The translations under genes were made by a program, and so were the position numbers. Below are positions 19,173 through 29,141 of a DNA stretch of 64,000 bases, piece after piece (position 1 is the first letter of the stretch; every line of letters begins with the position of its first letter). Under the pieces are notes generated by a model. It saw only the letters and a list, made by a program, of their open reading frames with translations, was not told the origin of the DNA and did no database searches. The DNA comes from a virus (taxonomy: Duplodnaviria; Heunggongvirae; Uroviricota; Caudoviricetes): IMG/VR virus record IMGVR_UViG_3300047393_000100. The stretch is one strand, 5' to 3'.

Positions 19173-19385
19173 ATGAGTAACGAATTTAAAAATGTAATTC
19201 CAGGTAAGATTTATCGACATTATAAAGGAGGAATTTATAAGGTTCTTCACCTGGCAAAGAATACGGATAATGATGAAGATATGGTTATCTATCAATCAAC
19301 ACAATTTGGTAGTTATCATGCAAGACCTTTAACCAATTGGAATACTCCAGTCAATAATAAGCCAAGATTTTATGAATGTAATTGA
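19173..19385 (+). CDS. hypothetical protein
   Basis: ORF. Confidence 0.4.
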   Translation: MSNEFKNVIPGKIYRHYKGGIYKVLHLAKNTDNDEDMVIYQSTQFGSYHARPLTNWNTPVNNKPRFYECN

Positions 19386-19671
19386 TAAAAGAAATCAATT
19401 TTTAGAAATGGATGGTTTGTATTTTGAGTCTGAGACACATGAATGGTTCTATGATAAAAGTAGTACCAATTATGCCCAGACAAACAATGGGTTGTACAAA
19501 GATTCCCTAAAAAATATTTATTGTTTTATTACTAGAAACAAAGAAACTGGAGAATACGATAGGGTAATGATGGATTCGAAAATAAATGAAGTTATTTTCG
19601 ATACAAAATCTTTAGAAGGAATTGGATTTGAAATTGACCGATTAAAAGTAGCAAAAAGATTTAAATTATAG
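19372..19671 (+). CDS. hypothetical protein
   Basis: ORF. Confidence 0.4.
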   Translation: MNVIDKRNQFLEMDGLYFESETHEWFYDKSSTNYAQTNNGLYKDSLKNIYCFITRNKETGEYDRVMMDSKINEVIFDTKSLEGIGFEIDRLKVAKRFKL

Positions 19672-19674
19672 ATT

Positions 19675-20091
19675 ATGAAAGATGTATTAGAATATATGAG
19701 AAGTCCTGAGGGACAAAATGCAATGAAAGTGTATTTTGACAAGCTTGCACAAAGAGATGCTATTGAAATGGCAAGGGCACAAAAATTATTAGAAATGTAT
19801 AAGGTTTGCGACGATTCAACATTTGATTACTTAATGTTAGATATTTTAGTTAAGCAAGAAAAATACGATCAAAGACATTATGATACTTATTCAGATAGAA
19901 CTTTGCATATTATGAATTTAATGTGGGAAATAGCATCGAAAGAAGGTGTTGAAATAGACCCAATTGATGGTTTAACAGAGAATTTCTCATCAATGGTTTA
20001 TGATTATTATGGTTACCAATTCGCAATCACACATGGACAAGGTTCGGTGTTAAGTGTGTATCGCCAAAACGAATTAAGATACAGAAGTTAA
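19675..20091 (+). CDS. hypothetical protein
   Basis: ORF. Confidence 0.45.
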   Translation: MKDVLEYMRSPEGQNAMKVYFDKLAQRDAIEMARAQKLLEMYKVCDDSTFDYLMLDILVKQEKYDQRHYDTYSDRTLHIMNLMWEIASKEGVEIDPIDGLTENFSSMVYDYYGYQFAITHGQGSVLSVYRQNELRYRS

Positions 20092-20093
20092 TT

Positions 20094-20459
20094 ATGGAAT
20101 CAATATTAGATAAAAAGATAGATTTTAAGGATGCGATTGATTCAATTAAAAGAGTACTTGGAATCTTATTTCCATGGGTTAGTCTTTTTAAAAGTATTAA
20201 AAATGAAACGTTTTATTCAAACACATTATATGATATTAAACAGGGGCATCCTGTTATAATTAGATCTGAAAAGATAATGTCTCAATATGAAAAAATGTAT
20301 GGCAGAATAGATTCGCAATTCGCATTAGATACTGTTAAGATGGGAATTAAGCGTGAAATCTGTGATGAAATCATGAGAAGTGATTTATTTGAATGGCAAA
20401 TCGAAGGTACTACAATGGGAACCAAAGTTGCTGCAAGAATAATTATTAATAAGTTTTAA
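20094..20459 (+). CDS. hypothetical protein
   Basis: ORF. Confidence 0.45.
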   Translation: MESILDKKIDFKDAIDSIKRVLGILFPWVSLFKSIKNETFYSNTLYDIKQGHPVIIRSEKIMSQYEKMYGRIDSQFALDTVKMGIKREICDEIMRSDLFEWQIEGTTMGTKVAARIIINKF

Positions 20460-20499
20460 AAATAAGTATTAAAACATTTTTTATATCGAAACTTTTAGT

Positions 20500-20530
20500 T
20501 ATATTTACATATAAATTAAAACAAACATAC
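20500..20530 (+). promoter_or_regulatory. promoter-like box
   Basis: TATATTTACATATAAATTAAAACAAACATACA. Confidence 0.55.
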
Positions 20531-20531
20531 A

Positions 20532-21410
20532 ATGATAATATTAGATTTAGTTAACCCGGAAAAATCGCAAATCAAGTACAAAATTAGTCAATTCCCAGAT
20601 GGTCAACAAACAGTAGACCTTACAGAATGGAATGACTTATTGAGATATACTGATGCTGTAAAAATTAGCTCACGTTTAAATAGTTTTAAAGATTTAGAAT
20701 TAATTATTTGTGCAACCACTGCGATCAGAAATATTAAACCTACCAGAGAAATTATCCTTTACGTTCCTTATTTTGTAGGTGCTCGTTCAGATCGCAAATT
20801 TAGCGAAGGTGGAGTTAATTATCTAAAACAGGTAATTTGTCCAATTATTAATTCTTTAAATTTTATAACTGTAATTACGTTAGATCCACACTCTGATGTA
20901 TTGGAAGCATGCTTGAATAACTATGAAAAATTAGATAATCACATACTAGCAAAATATGCACTTTCAAATATAGATAATAAAAAAGATGCTCAAGAAAGAA
21001 TTTGTTTAGTAAGCCCAGATGCTGGAGCATATAAGAAAATCTTTGATGTTGCTAAAAAGTTTGGAATTCAAAATGTTGTTACTGCAAATAAAGTAAGAGA
21101 CATGAAAACTGGTAATATTCTTAAGACCGAGGTTCCAAACCTACCAGGAATTGTTGGAGATGATTTACAATATGTAATCATCGATGATATTTGCGATGGT
21201 GGTAGAACATTTAATGAACTAGCAAAGGCAATTAGAGAACAACGAAGTGATGCAAAGATCTATTTAGTAGTAACCCATGGTATCTTTAGCGCTGGATTTA
21301 AAGAATTATCACAATACTTCGAAGGAATTTATACAACAAATAGTTATCGAGAAGTTGCAGATAATGAATATGAAGAAAAAACAAACACAATAGTATTTAA
21401 AGTAATATAA
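20532..21410 (+). CDS. ribose-phosphate pyrophosphokinase (PRPP synthetase)-like protein
   Basis: PRTase-type fold with VIIDDICDGGRT (the PRPP-binding loop, D-D-x-x-D-x-G) and a Prs-like layout. Could equally be an ADP-ribose-processing Prs homolog. Confidence 0.6.
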   Translation: MIILDLVNPEKSQIKYKISQFPDGQQTVDLTEWNDLLRYTDAVKISSRLNSFKDLELIICATTAIRNIKPTREIILYVPYFVGARSDRKFSEGGVNYLKQVICPIINSLNFITVITLDPHSDVLEACLNNYEKLDNHILAKYALSNIDNKKDAQERICLVSPDAGAYKKIFDVAKKFGIQNVVTANKVRDMKTGNILKTEVPNLPGIVGDDLQYVIIDDICDGGRTFNELAKAIREQRSDAKIYLVVTHGIFSAGFKELSQYFEGIYTTNSYREVADNEYEEKTNTIVFKVI

Positions 21411-21622
21411 TGTATACTATAGATTCATTAACAACATTAGGATATGTTATAGAAATTAGTTTGGATAGAACAAGTACTCCTAAATTCGCGTTTGACATAT
21501 GGAAATATGAACACTTTGGAAATTATGAACTAATTAAAGTCAGAGAATGGTATTTATACCGAACATGGCAAGAAGCATTTGAAGCAGCAGTAGAAGAATT
21601 AAAACACTTAAATTTAATATAA
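21410..21622 (+). CDS. hypothetical protein
   Basis: ORF. Confidence 0.4.
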   Translation: MYTIDSLTTLGYVIEISLDRTSTPKFAFDIWKYEHFGNYELIKVREWYLYRTWQEAFEAAVEELKHLNLI

Positions 21623-21754
21623 AAATGAATAAAGAAATTAAAACAGAAACAACGGACCAATTAGTATTAGTTCATGATGTAATTTTAGGCTCAAGATATG
21701 AGTTGCAATCGGTTGAAGTAGAGGCAGATCTAGGTGCTCCAGATGAAACTATTG

Positions 21755-22255
21755 ATGAGCAATAGAGAATATCGAATGTATGGCTTGGTACCTTATAACT
21801 TAAGCCCAATCCAACAAGGTATCCAATTTGGACATGCTGTGGTAGAATATGGAATTGAATTTATTGAAAACCAAGAATACCAAGAATGGGCTAGAAGAGA
21901 TAAAACTTTTATTATTCTAAACGGCGGTACTACTAATTCAAATACAATGAGATTAGGAACTCTTAACCAACATTATCATGAATTAAATGACAATGGTATT
22001 AAAATTGGAGAATTTCATGAGCCAGATTTAGGAGATCAATTAACTGCAGTAGTTTTTATAGTTGATGATCGAGTATTTGACAAGGTAAATTGGCCAGACT
22101 TAGTTCCATTACAATTCAATAATGGATTTATGAATCCAGAAGACCTAGATGAGTACCGAAAAAATGAATTCGACGAATGGAAGAAACAATTTGGAGATGA
22201 TGCAGAGCAAATCGTATTCCTAAGATATTTTTTAAAAAACTTTAGATTAGCATAA
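21755..22255 (+). CDS. hypothetical protein
   Basis: ORF 21734..22255. The likely start is the ATG at 21755, which overlaps the stop of an upstream 46-aa ORF (21625..21765). Confidence 0.45.
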   Translation: MSNREYRMYGLVPYNLSPIQQGIQFGHAVVEYGIEFIENQEYQEWARRDKTFIILNGGTTNSNTMRLGTLNQHYHELNDNGIKIGEFHEPDLGDQLTAVVFIVDDRVFDKVNWPDLVPLQFNNGFMNPEDLDEYRKNEFDEWKKQFGDDAEQIVFLRYFLKNFRLA

Positions 22256-22256
22256 G

Positions 22257-22772
22257 ATGTATCAAGAAATAGAAGGTGATTTAATTGCTATGGCAAAACA
22301 AGGTAAGTTTGATGTAATTACACATGGTTGTAATTGTTTGTCAAATATGGGAGCAGGAATAGCACCTCAAATGGCAAAAGCATTTGGAGTTGATAAATTT
22401 GAAATGGAAACTTGGGGTGCAACAATCGAAAAACTAGGATGTATTGATTGGCAAACAGTAGTTCTTGGAGAAAATACAATTTGGTCTTTAGAAGATTATA
22501 AGAACAATCGAGATGAACCAGAATTAGTAGTTGTGAATTCATATACACAATATAGATATGGTAAGAATCATAAAGATGGAGTTGCTAAACCTATTGACTA
22601 CGAAGCACTTACATTATGCATGCGTAAAATCAATAATAAATTTAATGGTAAACATATTGGACTTCCAAAGATTGGCGCCGGTTTGGCAGGTGGAGATTGG
22701 AATAGAATCAAACGTATTATTCAAACAGAATTAAAAGACATGAAAGTGTCAGTAATAATTTATAAACCATAG
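22257..22772 (+). CDS. macro domain protein (ADP-ribose binding / processing)
   Basis: ITHGCNC..MGAGIA..KIGAGLAGGDW pattern typical of macro domains. Confidence 0.65.
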   Translation: MYQEIEGDLIAMAKQGKFDVITHGCNCLSNMGAGIAPQMAKAFGVDKFEMETWGATIEKLGCIDWQTVVLGENTIWSLEDYKNNRDEPELVVVNSYTQYRYGKNHKDGVAKPIDYEALTLCMRKINNKFNGKHIGLPKIGAGLAGGDWNRIKRIIQTELKDMKVSVIIYKP

Positions 22773-22775
22773 AAA

Positions 22776-23261
22776 ATGAAAGTAACAGATAAACATGTAT
22801 TTTTCTGGAATGGAATTTACTCACAATGGCATAAAGCACCAATGACAATTGACAAGATTGAATATAATTCTTGTGAACAATACATGATGCATCAAAAGGC
22901 ATTATTATTTGGAGATGAAGATATTGCAGAGCAAATTATGCAAGAAACGAATCCAAGAGAACAAAAGAAATTTGGCAGAATGATTAGAAACTTTGATAAA
23001 ACTATTTGGGATAAAAATTGTTTGGCAATTGTTTATGAAGGAAACTTGGCAAAATTCAGACAAAATGCTGGATTAAGAGAAGAAATGTTAAATACTGGCG
23101 ATCGTATCTTTGTAGAGGCTTCTCCATTAGATAATATTTGGGGTATTGGACTTGATGAAAATGCCGAAGGAATTGATGATCCATCATATTGGTTAGGTTT
23201 AAATCTTTTAGGACAAGCATTAACTCTTGTAAAAAATCAAATTAAATCTGAAATAAGATGA
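22776..23261 (+). CDS. NADAR (DUF1768, YbiA-like) domain protein
   Basis: FFW..YSQW...EQYMMHQKALLFGD...NIWGIGL are characteristic NADAR motifs. Confidence 0.65.
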   Translation: MKVTDKHVFFWNGIYSQWHKAPMTIDKIEYNSCEQYMMHQKALLFGDEDIAEQIMQETNPREQKKFGRMIRNFDKTIWDKNCLAIVYEGNLAKFRQNAGLREEMLNTGDRIFVEASPLDNIWGIGLDENAEGIDDPSYWLGLNLLGQALTLVKNQIKSEIR

Positions 23262-23542
23262 GACAATCAGGTAAAACTACAAGATTAGTGGATGCTGCAG
23301 TTCAATATTTATTTGAACACGGATCTATTAGAATCTTAACAAACTCTGAAGTATTTGATAGAAATTCACTGAGAGGTTATAGACCAGAACAAGTCGATAT
23401 GCTTTTAAAATTTATCGATCCAGATACTAGGCCAGATAATAGAGCACAACAGTATTTTATTGAAGCATTAGATAGAAGACTTGCAACCGAACATGGAGGA
23501 AGCACTGAAAGAATTAGTGCAACAGAATTTAAAGTAATTTAA
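23258..23542 (+). CDS. hypothetical protein
   Basis: ORF. Confidence 0.45.
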   Translation: MRQSGKTTRLVDAAVQYLFEHGSIRILTNSEVFDRNSLRGYRPEQVDMLLKFIDPDTRPDNRAQQYFIEALDRRLATEHGGSTERISATEFKVI

Positions 23543-23694
23543 TATGAAAAGATTAGTAGAATTATTAGCACCATCGTATTTAGGATTTGCTCTAGCCGCA
23601 TTTGCGCATATCACATGGTATCAATGGGAATTTTATGCAATTATAGTTCCATTTTATATTTTAGTAAAAATAACGGATTTTAATAAAGACGAAG

Positions 23695-24273
23695 ATGAGT
23701 AGAACAGAATTTCACACAGGAAAATTATATCCAGTCAAAATTGAAAATAGTCTGGAAGAAACTTGCAGAAGTATTGCAAAACGACATGATGTTGAACTAA
23801 GTGAAGATTGGCAAGAAGACTTTAGGGATGCTTTTGATGAGTATGCTACTAAGATAATAAGCCAACCCGAGGAGTATTTTATTCATGGAGAAAATCTTTA
23901 TAGAGTTATTGACCATATCGAATCAGACGATGATGAGTCCTTTATGAAACTTAGGCATAATGGAGATGGTAGTATTTCCTTTATTGGTCAATTCTATAAT
24001 GGAGGTACATGTTTTTCCGAAATTTTAGAAGAATCATTAAATGATTTAAAACCAAGTTATCAAGTTCAGATTAAAGAAGCAGTTGACCATATTGTTGAAG
24101 TCCATGGAGTTGAACAACCTTTTACAATTCCAGGCGCTGGTAAATTAATCAAGGAATATATGAGCCTTGAAAAGGCTATTGAATTATTTGAAGGTGCCAA
24201 GAATGAAGCTGCCGGAAATGCATTTAGATCTTCAGCGTATGAGGCAACACTAGAAACAATCTTAAAAGTATGA
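23695..24273 (+). CDS. hypothetical protein
   Basis: ORF. Confidence 0.45.
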   Translation: MSRTEFHTGKLYPVKIENSLEETCRSIAKRHDVELSEDWQEDFRDAFDEYATKIISQPEEYFIHGENLYRVIDHIESDDDESFMKLRHNGDGSISFIGQFYNGGTCFSEILEESLNDLKPSYQVQIKEAVDHIVEVHGVEQPFTIPGAGKLIKEYMSLEKAIELFEGAKNEAAGNAFRSSAYEATLETILKV

Positions 24274-24458
24274 ACAAATATAGAGTAGAATGTAGAATAG
24301 GTTCAAGCTGTACGATTAGAACAATTGAATGCAGAGAAATGACAATTAATGAAGGTTCATATTGTTTTTGGACCGGAGAATATGGAAAGACTAATAAATT
24401 AGTTTATGCATTTCCAATAATGAATTCCATAGTAGAAGGTATTCATGAAGAAAATTAA
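24270..24458 (+). CDS. small Cys-containing protein
   Basis: ORF. Confidence 0.35.
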   Translation: MNKYRVECRIGSSCTIRTIECREMTINEGSYCFWTGEYGKTNKLVYAFPIMNSIVEGIHEEN

Positions 24459-24471
24459 CATAAAATTAACA

Positions 24472-24499
24472 CTCGGGATTTTCTAGTCTCGAGTTTTTT
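24472..24499 (+). terminator. Rho-independent terminator
   Basis: ACTCGGGA-TTTTCTAG-TCTCGAGT followed by a T-run. Confidence 0.55.
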
Positions 24500-24502
24500 G
24501 TT

Positions 24503-24533
24503 TATATTTACATTATAATTAAAACAATAACAA
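24503..24533 (+). promoter_or_regulatory. promoter-like box
   Basis: TATATTTACATTATAATTAAAACAATAACAA. Confidence 0.6.
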
Positions 24534-25325
24534 ATGCCAGAATTAGCAGAACTTAGATTAACTTCAGAATATATTAAAACCGTTTCAAATGGTAGAGAAT
24601 TTACACGAATAGAAAAAAGTCAAGCACATAAGGGTATTGAATTTTCAGCCCCATATCCTACATTTAAAATCAGTGCAAAAAGTAAAGGTAAGGAAATTGT
24701 TATGTATCTTTATCCGAATGAAGCAACACCAGTATATACTCCAATTCGAATGACAATGGGAATGTCAGGACATTTTCAACTCACCGAAACTGGTAAAGAA
24801 GCAAAGCATGCACATCTTAAATTTTATAGTACAGATGGTTATACATTGAGTTTTGTAGATGTAAGAAGATTTGGTAAATGGAAATTAGGAGAAGAATGGT
24901 CAAGCAATAGAGGACCAGATCCAACTTTAGAATTTCAAAACTTTGTTAGAAATGTTAAAGAAAATTTACATAAAAAAGATTTTGACAAACCTATTTGCGA
25001 GGTCTTAATGAATCAAAAATATTTCAATGGTATTGGTAATTATTTACGTGCCGAGATATTATATAGAGTAGATGTAAATCCATTTATCAGTGCAAGAGAA
25101 GCCTTACAAGGTAATCCAGAAATATATCAACTATGTAAATGGGCACCAATGCAGGCCTATAAATTAGGAGGTGGCCAATTAAAGGATTGGGAAAATCCAT
25201 TTGGTAAAGAATCTGAGATGAAATCATGGTCGGAATTTATGAGATGCTATAACAATCCAAAAATGAATAAAGTAGTAGATACAAATAAAAGAACCTTTTG
25301 GTTCGATCCTAAATGGAACAAATAA
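24534..25325 (+). CDS. Fpg/Nei (endonuclease VIII)-like DNA glycosylase, no zinc finger
   Basis: N-terminal MPELAELR carries the catalytic Pro2 and Glu3 as in MPELPEV of Fpg/Nei. No C-terminal Cys4 finger, as in NEIL1 and mimivirus Nei. Family assignment is tentative. Confidence 0.5.
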   Translation: MPELAELRLTSEYIKTVSNGREFTRIEKSQAHKGIEFSAPYPTFKISAKSKGKEIVMYLYPNEATPVYTPIRMTMGMSGHFQLTETGKEAKHAHLKFYSTDGYTLSFVDVRRFGKWKLGEEWSSNRGPDPTLEFQNFVRNVKENLHKKDFDKPICEVLMNQKYFNGIGNYLRAEILYRVDVNPFISAREALQGNPEIYQLCKWAPMQAYKLGGGQLKDWENPFGKESEMKSWSEFMRCYNNPKMNKVVDTNKRTFWFDPKWNK

Positions 25326-25335
25326 CTTTTAAATT

Positions 25336-25584
25336 ATGACAGATTTACAAAAATGGGAAGCAGTTAATCAATGCGAAACTGCAAAAGAATTAGAAACCCT
25401 AATTCTAGAGAATTTTTCAGATGGTGAAGGAAAGATCCAAGGTCGATCTAGAAAGTTCGATACCGTTGAAATGCTAGTTGGTTTAACAATGTTTATGAAG
25501 AATCAAATGCACCCTAATATTCTTACTAGAGAGTTTGGTATTCGTCAACAGGCAATTTATTTGAAATCTGTTGAAACAAATTAA
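25336..25584 (+). CDS. hypothetical protein
   Basis: ORF. Confidence 0.4.
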   Translation: MTDLQKWEAVNQCETAKELETLILENFSDGEGKIQGRSRKFDTVEMLVGLTMFMKNQMHPNILTREFGIRQQAIYLKSVETN

Positions 25585-25648
25585 GTAATACTTATATAAT
25601 AACCATAACCAGCATCCAACTAACGAAGGTTGCACAATACCATATATT

Positions 25649-26449
25649 ATGAAAAACGATGCATTAGGCGATCGCATGAAAGAGTTCTACGAAGATAGAA
25701 CCAGAATCAAACTTCCAAGAAGAACTTACACAATTATTCGAATTGATGGTAAGGCATTCCACACTTACACTAAAGGATTAACAAGACCATTTGATGAGGG
25801 TCTAATTGAAGACATGAATGCAACTACTGCATATTTATGTAAAAACATCCAAGGCGCTAAATTCGGTTATGTGCAATCAGATGAGATTAGTTTAGTCTTA
25901 ACAGACTTTGATGACTTAGGAACTCATGCTTGGTTCGACAACAACTTACAGAAAATGGTAAGTGTTGCTGCTTCTATGGCAACTGCAGAATTCAATAAAC
26001 TTAGGTTAATGCGATTCATGAAAGATAGCATGATCTTTTTAGAACCTGAAGATATTGGAAAATTCAAAATGGCTGAGTTCGACGCTAGAGCATTTCAAAT
26101 TCCATTTATCGATGAGGTAGAAAACTATTTTATTTGGAGACAACAGGATGCTGTAAGAAATTCAATCTCTTCAGTTGCACAAAGTCTTTATAGTACTACA
26201 GAATTACATGGTAAAAAAACAAGTGATATGCAAGAATTGATCTTCCAGAAGGGAATTAACTGGAATGATTATGATTTTCGTTTGAAACGAGGCGCAATAA
26301 TCGGAAAGGTAGAAGTTGTAACTACAACTAGCGATGTTAATTACACGAGAAATAAATGGCAAGTTATTGAAACTCCAACATTTACTCAAGATAGATTTTT
26401 TATTAAAGGATTACTAAACACTAAAAAGAAAGAAAATGAATTGGTTTAA
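25649..26449 (+). CDS. tRNA-His guanylyltransferase (Thg1)-like protein
   Basis: N-terminal MKEFYEDRTR..LPRRTYTIIRIDGKAFHTYTKGL matches the Thg1 N-terminal catalytic region. Confidence 0.6.
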   Translation: MKNDALGDRMKEFYEDRTRIKLPRRTYTIIRIDGKAFHTYTKGLTRPFDEGLIEDMNATTAYLCKNIQGAKFGYVQSDEISLVLTDFDDLGTHAWFDNNLQKMVSVAASMATAEFNKLRLMRFMKDSMIFLEPEDIGKFKMAEFDARAFQIPFIDEVENYFIWRQQDAVRNSISSVAQSLYSTTELHGKKTSDMQELIFQKGINWNDYDFRLKRGAIIGKVEVVTTTSDVNYTRNKWQVIETPTFTQDRFFIKGLLNTKKKENELV

Positions 26450-26951
26450 AAGATTATTTGGAATTAAAGAAGTAGAAGTTCAACTCATGGAAAGAAAGGA
26501 AACCTATAATCCAATCAGTGGCACTTCTAAAACAAATGAGATAGATGGCCATGAAATTGCCAAACAAAGACTTATTAAGGAATTAAAAGGTTCTTTAGGA
26601 ACAAAGGGTACTCCTGGAATAGGCGGAATACAATCTCAAGTAAATACTCAAACCAGAGTAATAGGTGCTAATGATTCTAATAATGACTACTTATCATTAA
26701 TGGCAATTGCATCTATGGTAAATTCCAGTGATAATTCAAATACAATTGAAGAAACTACAGTCGGTACTGGATTCCATGATGGAGGGTTTGGTGGTGGAGA
26801 TTTCTCAGGTAGTGGTTCAGGAGGTTCATGGGAAGATAATAGCTCATCTAGCAATTCAAGTTCTTATGATTCTGGAAGCTCATATGATTCTAGTTCATCG
26901 AGTGATTCAAGTTCTTATGACTCAGGTTCATCTAGTTCCAGTGATTATTAG
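26436..26951 (+). CDS. Ser/Gly-rich low-complexity protein
   Basis: C-terminal SSYDSGS repeats. Confidence 0.45.
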   Translation: MNWFKRLFGIKEVEVQLMERKETYNPISGTSKTNEIDGHEIAKQRLIKELKGSLGTKGTPGIGGIQSQVNTQTRVIGANDSNNDYLSLMAIASMVNSSDNSNTIEETTVGTGFHDGGFGGGDFSGSGSGGSWEDNSSSSNSSSYDSGSSYDSSSSSDSSSYDSGSSSSSDY

Positions 26952-27013
26952 AATTGTTAATAACTTTTTGAAAAGAATTCACTAAAAGTTTTCAATATAT
27001 CGAATATTATAGT

Positions 27014-27045
27014 TATATTTACATTATAATTAAAACAAACAAAAT
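27014..27045 (+). promoter_or_regulatory. promoter-like box
   Basis: Consensus box preceded by the long repeat from 26954. Confidence 0.6.
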
Positions 27046-27267
27046 ATGAAAACACTTTTAACAATTACAGTTCTAGGAATAGGATTATTATTTTTAGCAA
27101 TCTATTATGAACAAGGAAGAGATCCTTATGAAGAAGGAATGCATTTGGATTATAAAATAGAAATAGTAAATGGCTTTGTATATAAGAGCCTAGATCGACA
27201 TAGGGGAACAATACAAGTACTGAATTCCGATGGAACTCCATTGCGAGATGGTAAAAAAATATACTAA
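27046..27267 (+). CDS. small membrane protein
   Basis: One TM helix. Confidence 0.4.
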   Translation: MKTLLTITVLGIGLLFLAIYYEQGRDPYEEGMHLDYKIEIVNGFVYKSLDRHRGTIQVLNSDGTPLRDGKKIY

Positions 27268-27299
27268 ATAATTCACAATATAATTAAAAACAAACATAT

Positions 27300-28865
27300 A
27301 TGAACCCATTATTTTTAACAGACGGTTACAAAACAGGACATCACCAACAATATCCAAAAGGAACTACGTTGGTTTATTCTAACTTCACTCCTCGTAGTAA
27401 CAAGTATGCTCCTAAAGGTTGCGATCAATTAGTATCATTTGGTCAACAAATGGTAGTTAAACAAATTCACGAAGCATTCGATAAAGATTTCTTTAGTAAA
27501 CATAAAGACGAAGTTTGTGGAGAAATGAAACGCGAATTGTCAATGTACTTAAATACTGACTATGATGTTAGTCACTTTGAAGCTTTGCATGATTTAGGTT
27601 ATTTGCCTATCATTGTTAAGTCAATTAAAGAAGGTAGTTTAGTACCAATGAGAGTTCCAGTATTGACAATTTACAATACACATCCAGATTTCTATTGGAT
27701 TACAAACTATTTAGAAACAGTTATTTCTAACTTATTGTGGAAACCAATGACTTCTGCAACTATGGCGCATTCTTATCGTAAGTTATTTACTTCATGGCAA
27801 GAAAAAACCGATGCTGAAAAAGGTTGGTTCGTAGATTGGCAAGCACATGATTTCTCAATGAGAGGTTTAGATTCTATTGATGCTACTATTAGTTCAGGTT
27901 TGGGTCACTTAACAAGTTTCTCAGGTTCAGACAGTTTACCAGCAATCTTTGGAGCAAGAAAATTCTATAATGAAACTGGATTTGTGTCCGGTTCGGTAAA
28001 TGCAACTGAACATTCAGTTATGTGTGCTGGTAGTAAAGAAGATGAGGTTGGAACATTTAGAAACTTGATGGAAACATATCCAACTGGAATTCTTTCAATA
28101 GTCAGCGACACATGGGATCTTTGGAAAGTTTGTACCAGTCACTTAGTTATCTTAAAAGAAGAGATTTTAGCAAGAGAAGGTAAAGTAGTTATTAGACCTG
28201 ACTCTGGAGATCCAGTCGATATTATTTGTGGATTAAATACACAACCAAAGGGTGTTAAAGGAACTAATGGACCTGGACCAGAAGTTACTACAAATGCAGA
28301 ATTGGACAAAGAACATCCTGCACAAAAAGGTGTTATTGAATTATTATGGGATGTATTTGGTGGAGAAATCAACGAACAAGGTTATAAAGTATTAGATCCT
28401 CACATTGGAGCAATATATGGAGATTCAATCACATTAGACCGTGCTGAACAAATCTTTACAAGATTAGAAGCAAAGGGATTCGCAAGTACAAACATAGTTT
28501 TAGGCGTAGGTTCATTTACATATCAATTTAACACAAGAGATACATTCGGGTTTGCAATGAAAGCCACTTATGTTGAAATAAAAGAACATTTTAGAACAGT
28601 TAAAGACGAGAATGGTAATTATACACACTCTGAAGAAATCATTATAGGTCGTGAAATCTTCAAAGATCCAATCACCGATGATGGTATTAAGAAATCTGCA
28701 AAAGGTTTATTAAGAGTTGTTGGAGATGAAACATGTATGTTATTAGAAGATCAATGTACATGGGACGATGAAGCTACTGGTAAATTAAAGGTAATTTATA
28801 ATAATGGTCAATTTGAAAACCAAACTACTTTGACAGAAATTCGTGAACGTTTAACAAATTCATAA
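27300..28865 (+). CDS. nicotinamide phosphoribosyltransferase (NAMPT/NadV) family
   Basis: N-terminal NP(I/L)(F/L)xTD(G/S)YK hallmark (MNPLFLTDGYKTGHHQQYP) and ~520 aa length, typical of NadV. Confidence 0.75.
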   Translation: MNPLFLTDGYKTGHHQQYPKGTTLVYSNFTPRSNKYAPKGCDQLVSFGQQMVVKQIHEAFDKDFFSKHKDEVCGEMKRELSMYLNTDYDVSHFEALHDLGYLPIIVKSIKEGSLVPMRVPVLTIYNTHPDFYWITNYLETVISNLLWKPMTSATMAHSYRKLFTSWQEKTDAEKGWFVDWQAHDFSMRGLDSIDATISSGLGHLTSFSGSDSLPAIFGARKFYNETGFVSGSVNATEHSVMCAGSKEDEVGTFRNLMETYPTGILSIVSDTWDLWKVCTSHLVILKEEILAREGKVVIRPDSGDPVDIICGLNTQPKGVKGTNGPGPEVTTNAELDKEHPAQKGVIELLWDVFGGEINEQGYKVLDPHIGAIYGDSITLDRAEQIFTRLEAKGFASTNIVLGVGSFTYQFNTRDTFGFAMKATYVEIKEHFRTVKDENGNYTHSEEIIIGREIFKDPITDDGIKKSAKGLLRVVGDETCMLLEDQCTWDDEATGKLKVIYNNGQFENQTTLTEIRERLTNS

Positions 28866-29140
28866 TGAATAGACAAAACTCACCAGTACCATTAATAATA
28901 GTAATTTTAGCTGCACTAGTAATCTTTATGGTTACTAGTTGCAAACCAGAAAATTATAAAGAACCTAATTATTCTATTAATCAAGATAAATATGAACTAG
29001 ATAGTAATTCACATTTTACCGATAAAGCTTATAAAATATATACATTAGAGGGTTGTGAATATATTGTAATAAGTACAGGTTCAGGTAAATGGGGTACACA
29101 TAAAGGAAATTGTACAAATATAATTCATTCACTAAGATAA
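28865..29140 (+). CDS. small lipoprotein
   Basis: Signal plus VTSC lipobox. Confidence 0.4.
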   Translation: MNRQNSPVPLIIVILAALVIFMVTSCKPENYKEPNYSINQDKYELDSNSHFTDKAYKIYTLEGCEYIVISTGSGKWGTHKGNCTNIIHSLR

Positions 29141-29141
29141 C

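Noticed and set aside
26728-26985. ORF 26728..26985 overlapping the Ser-rich protein 3' end.
   Set aside because: An alternative frame through the low-complexity repeat. The 26436..26951 frame is continuous with the upstream coupling, and the overlap ORF runs through the downstream repeat.
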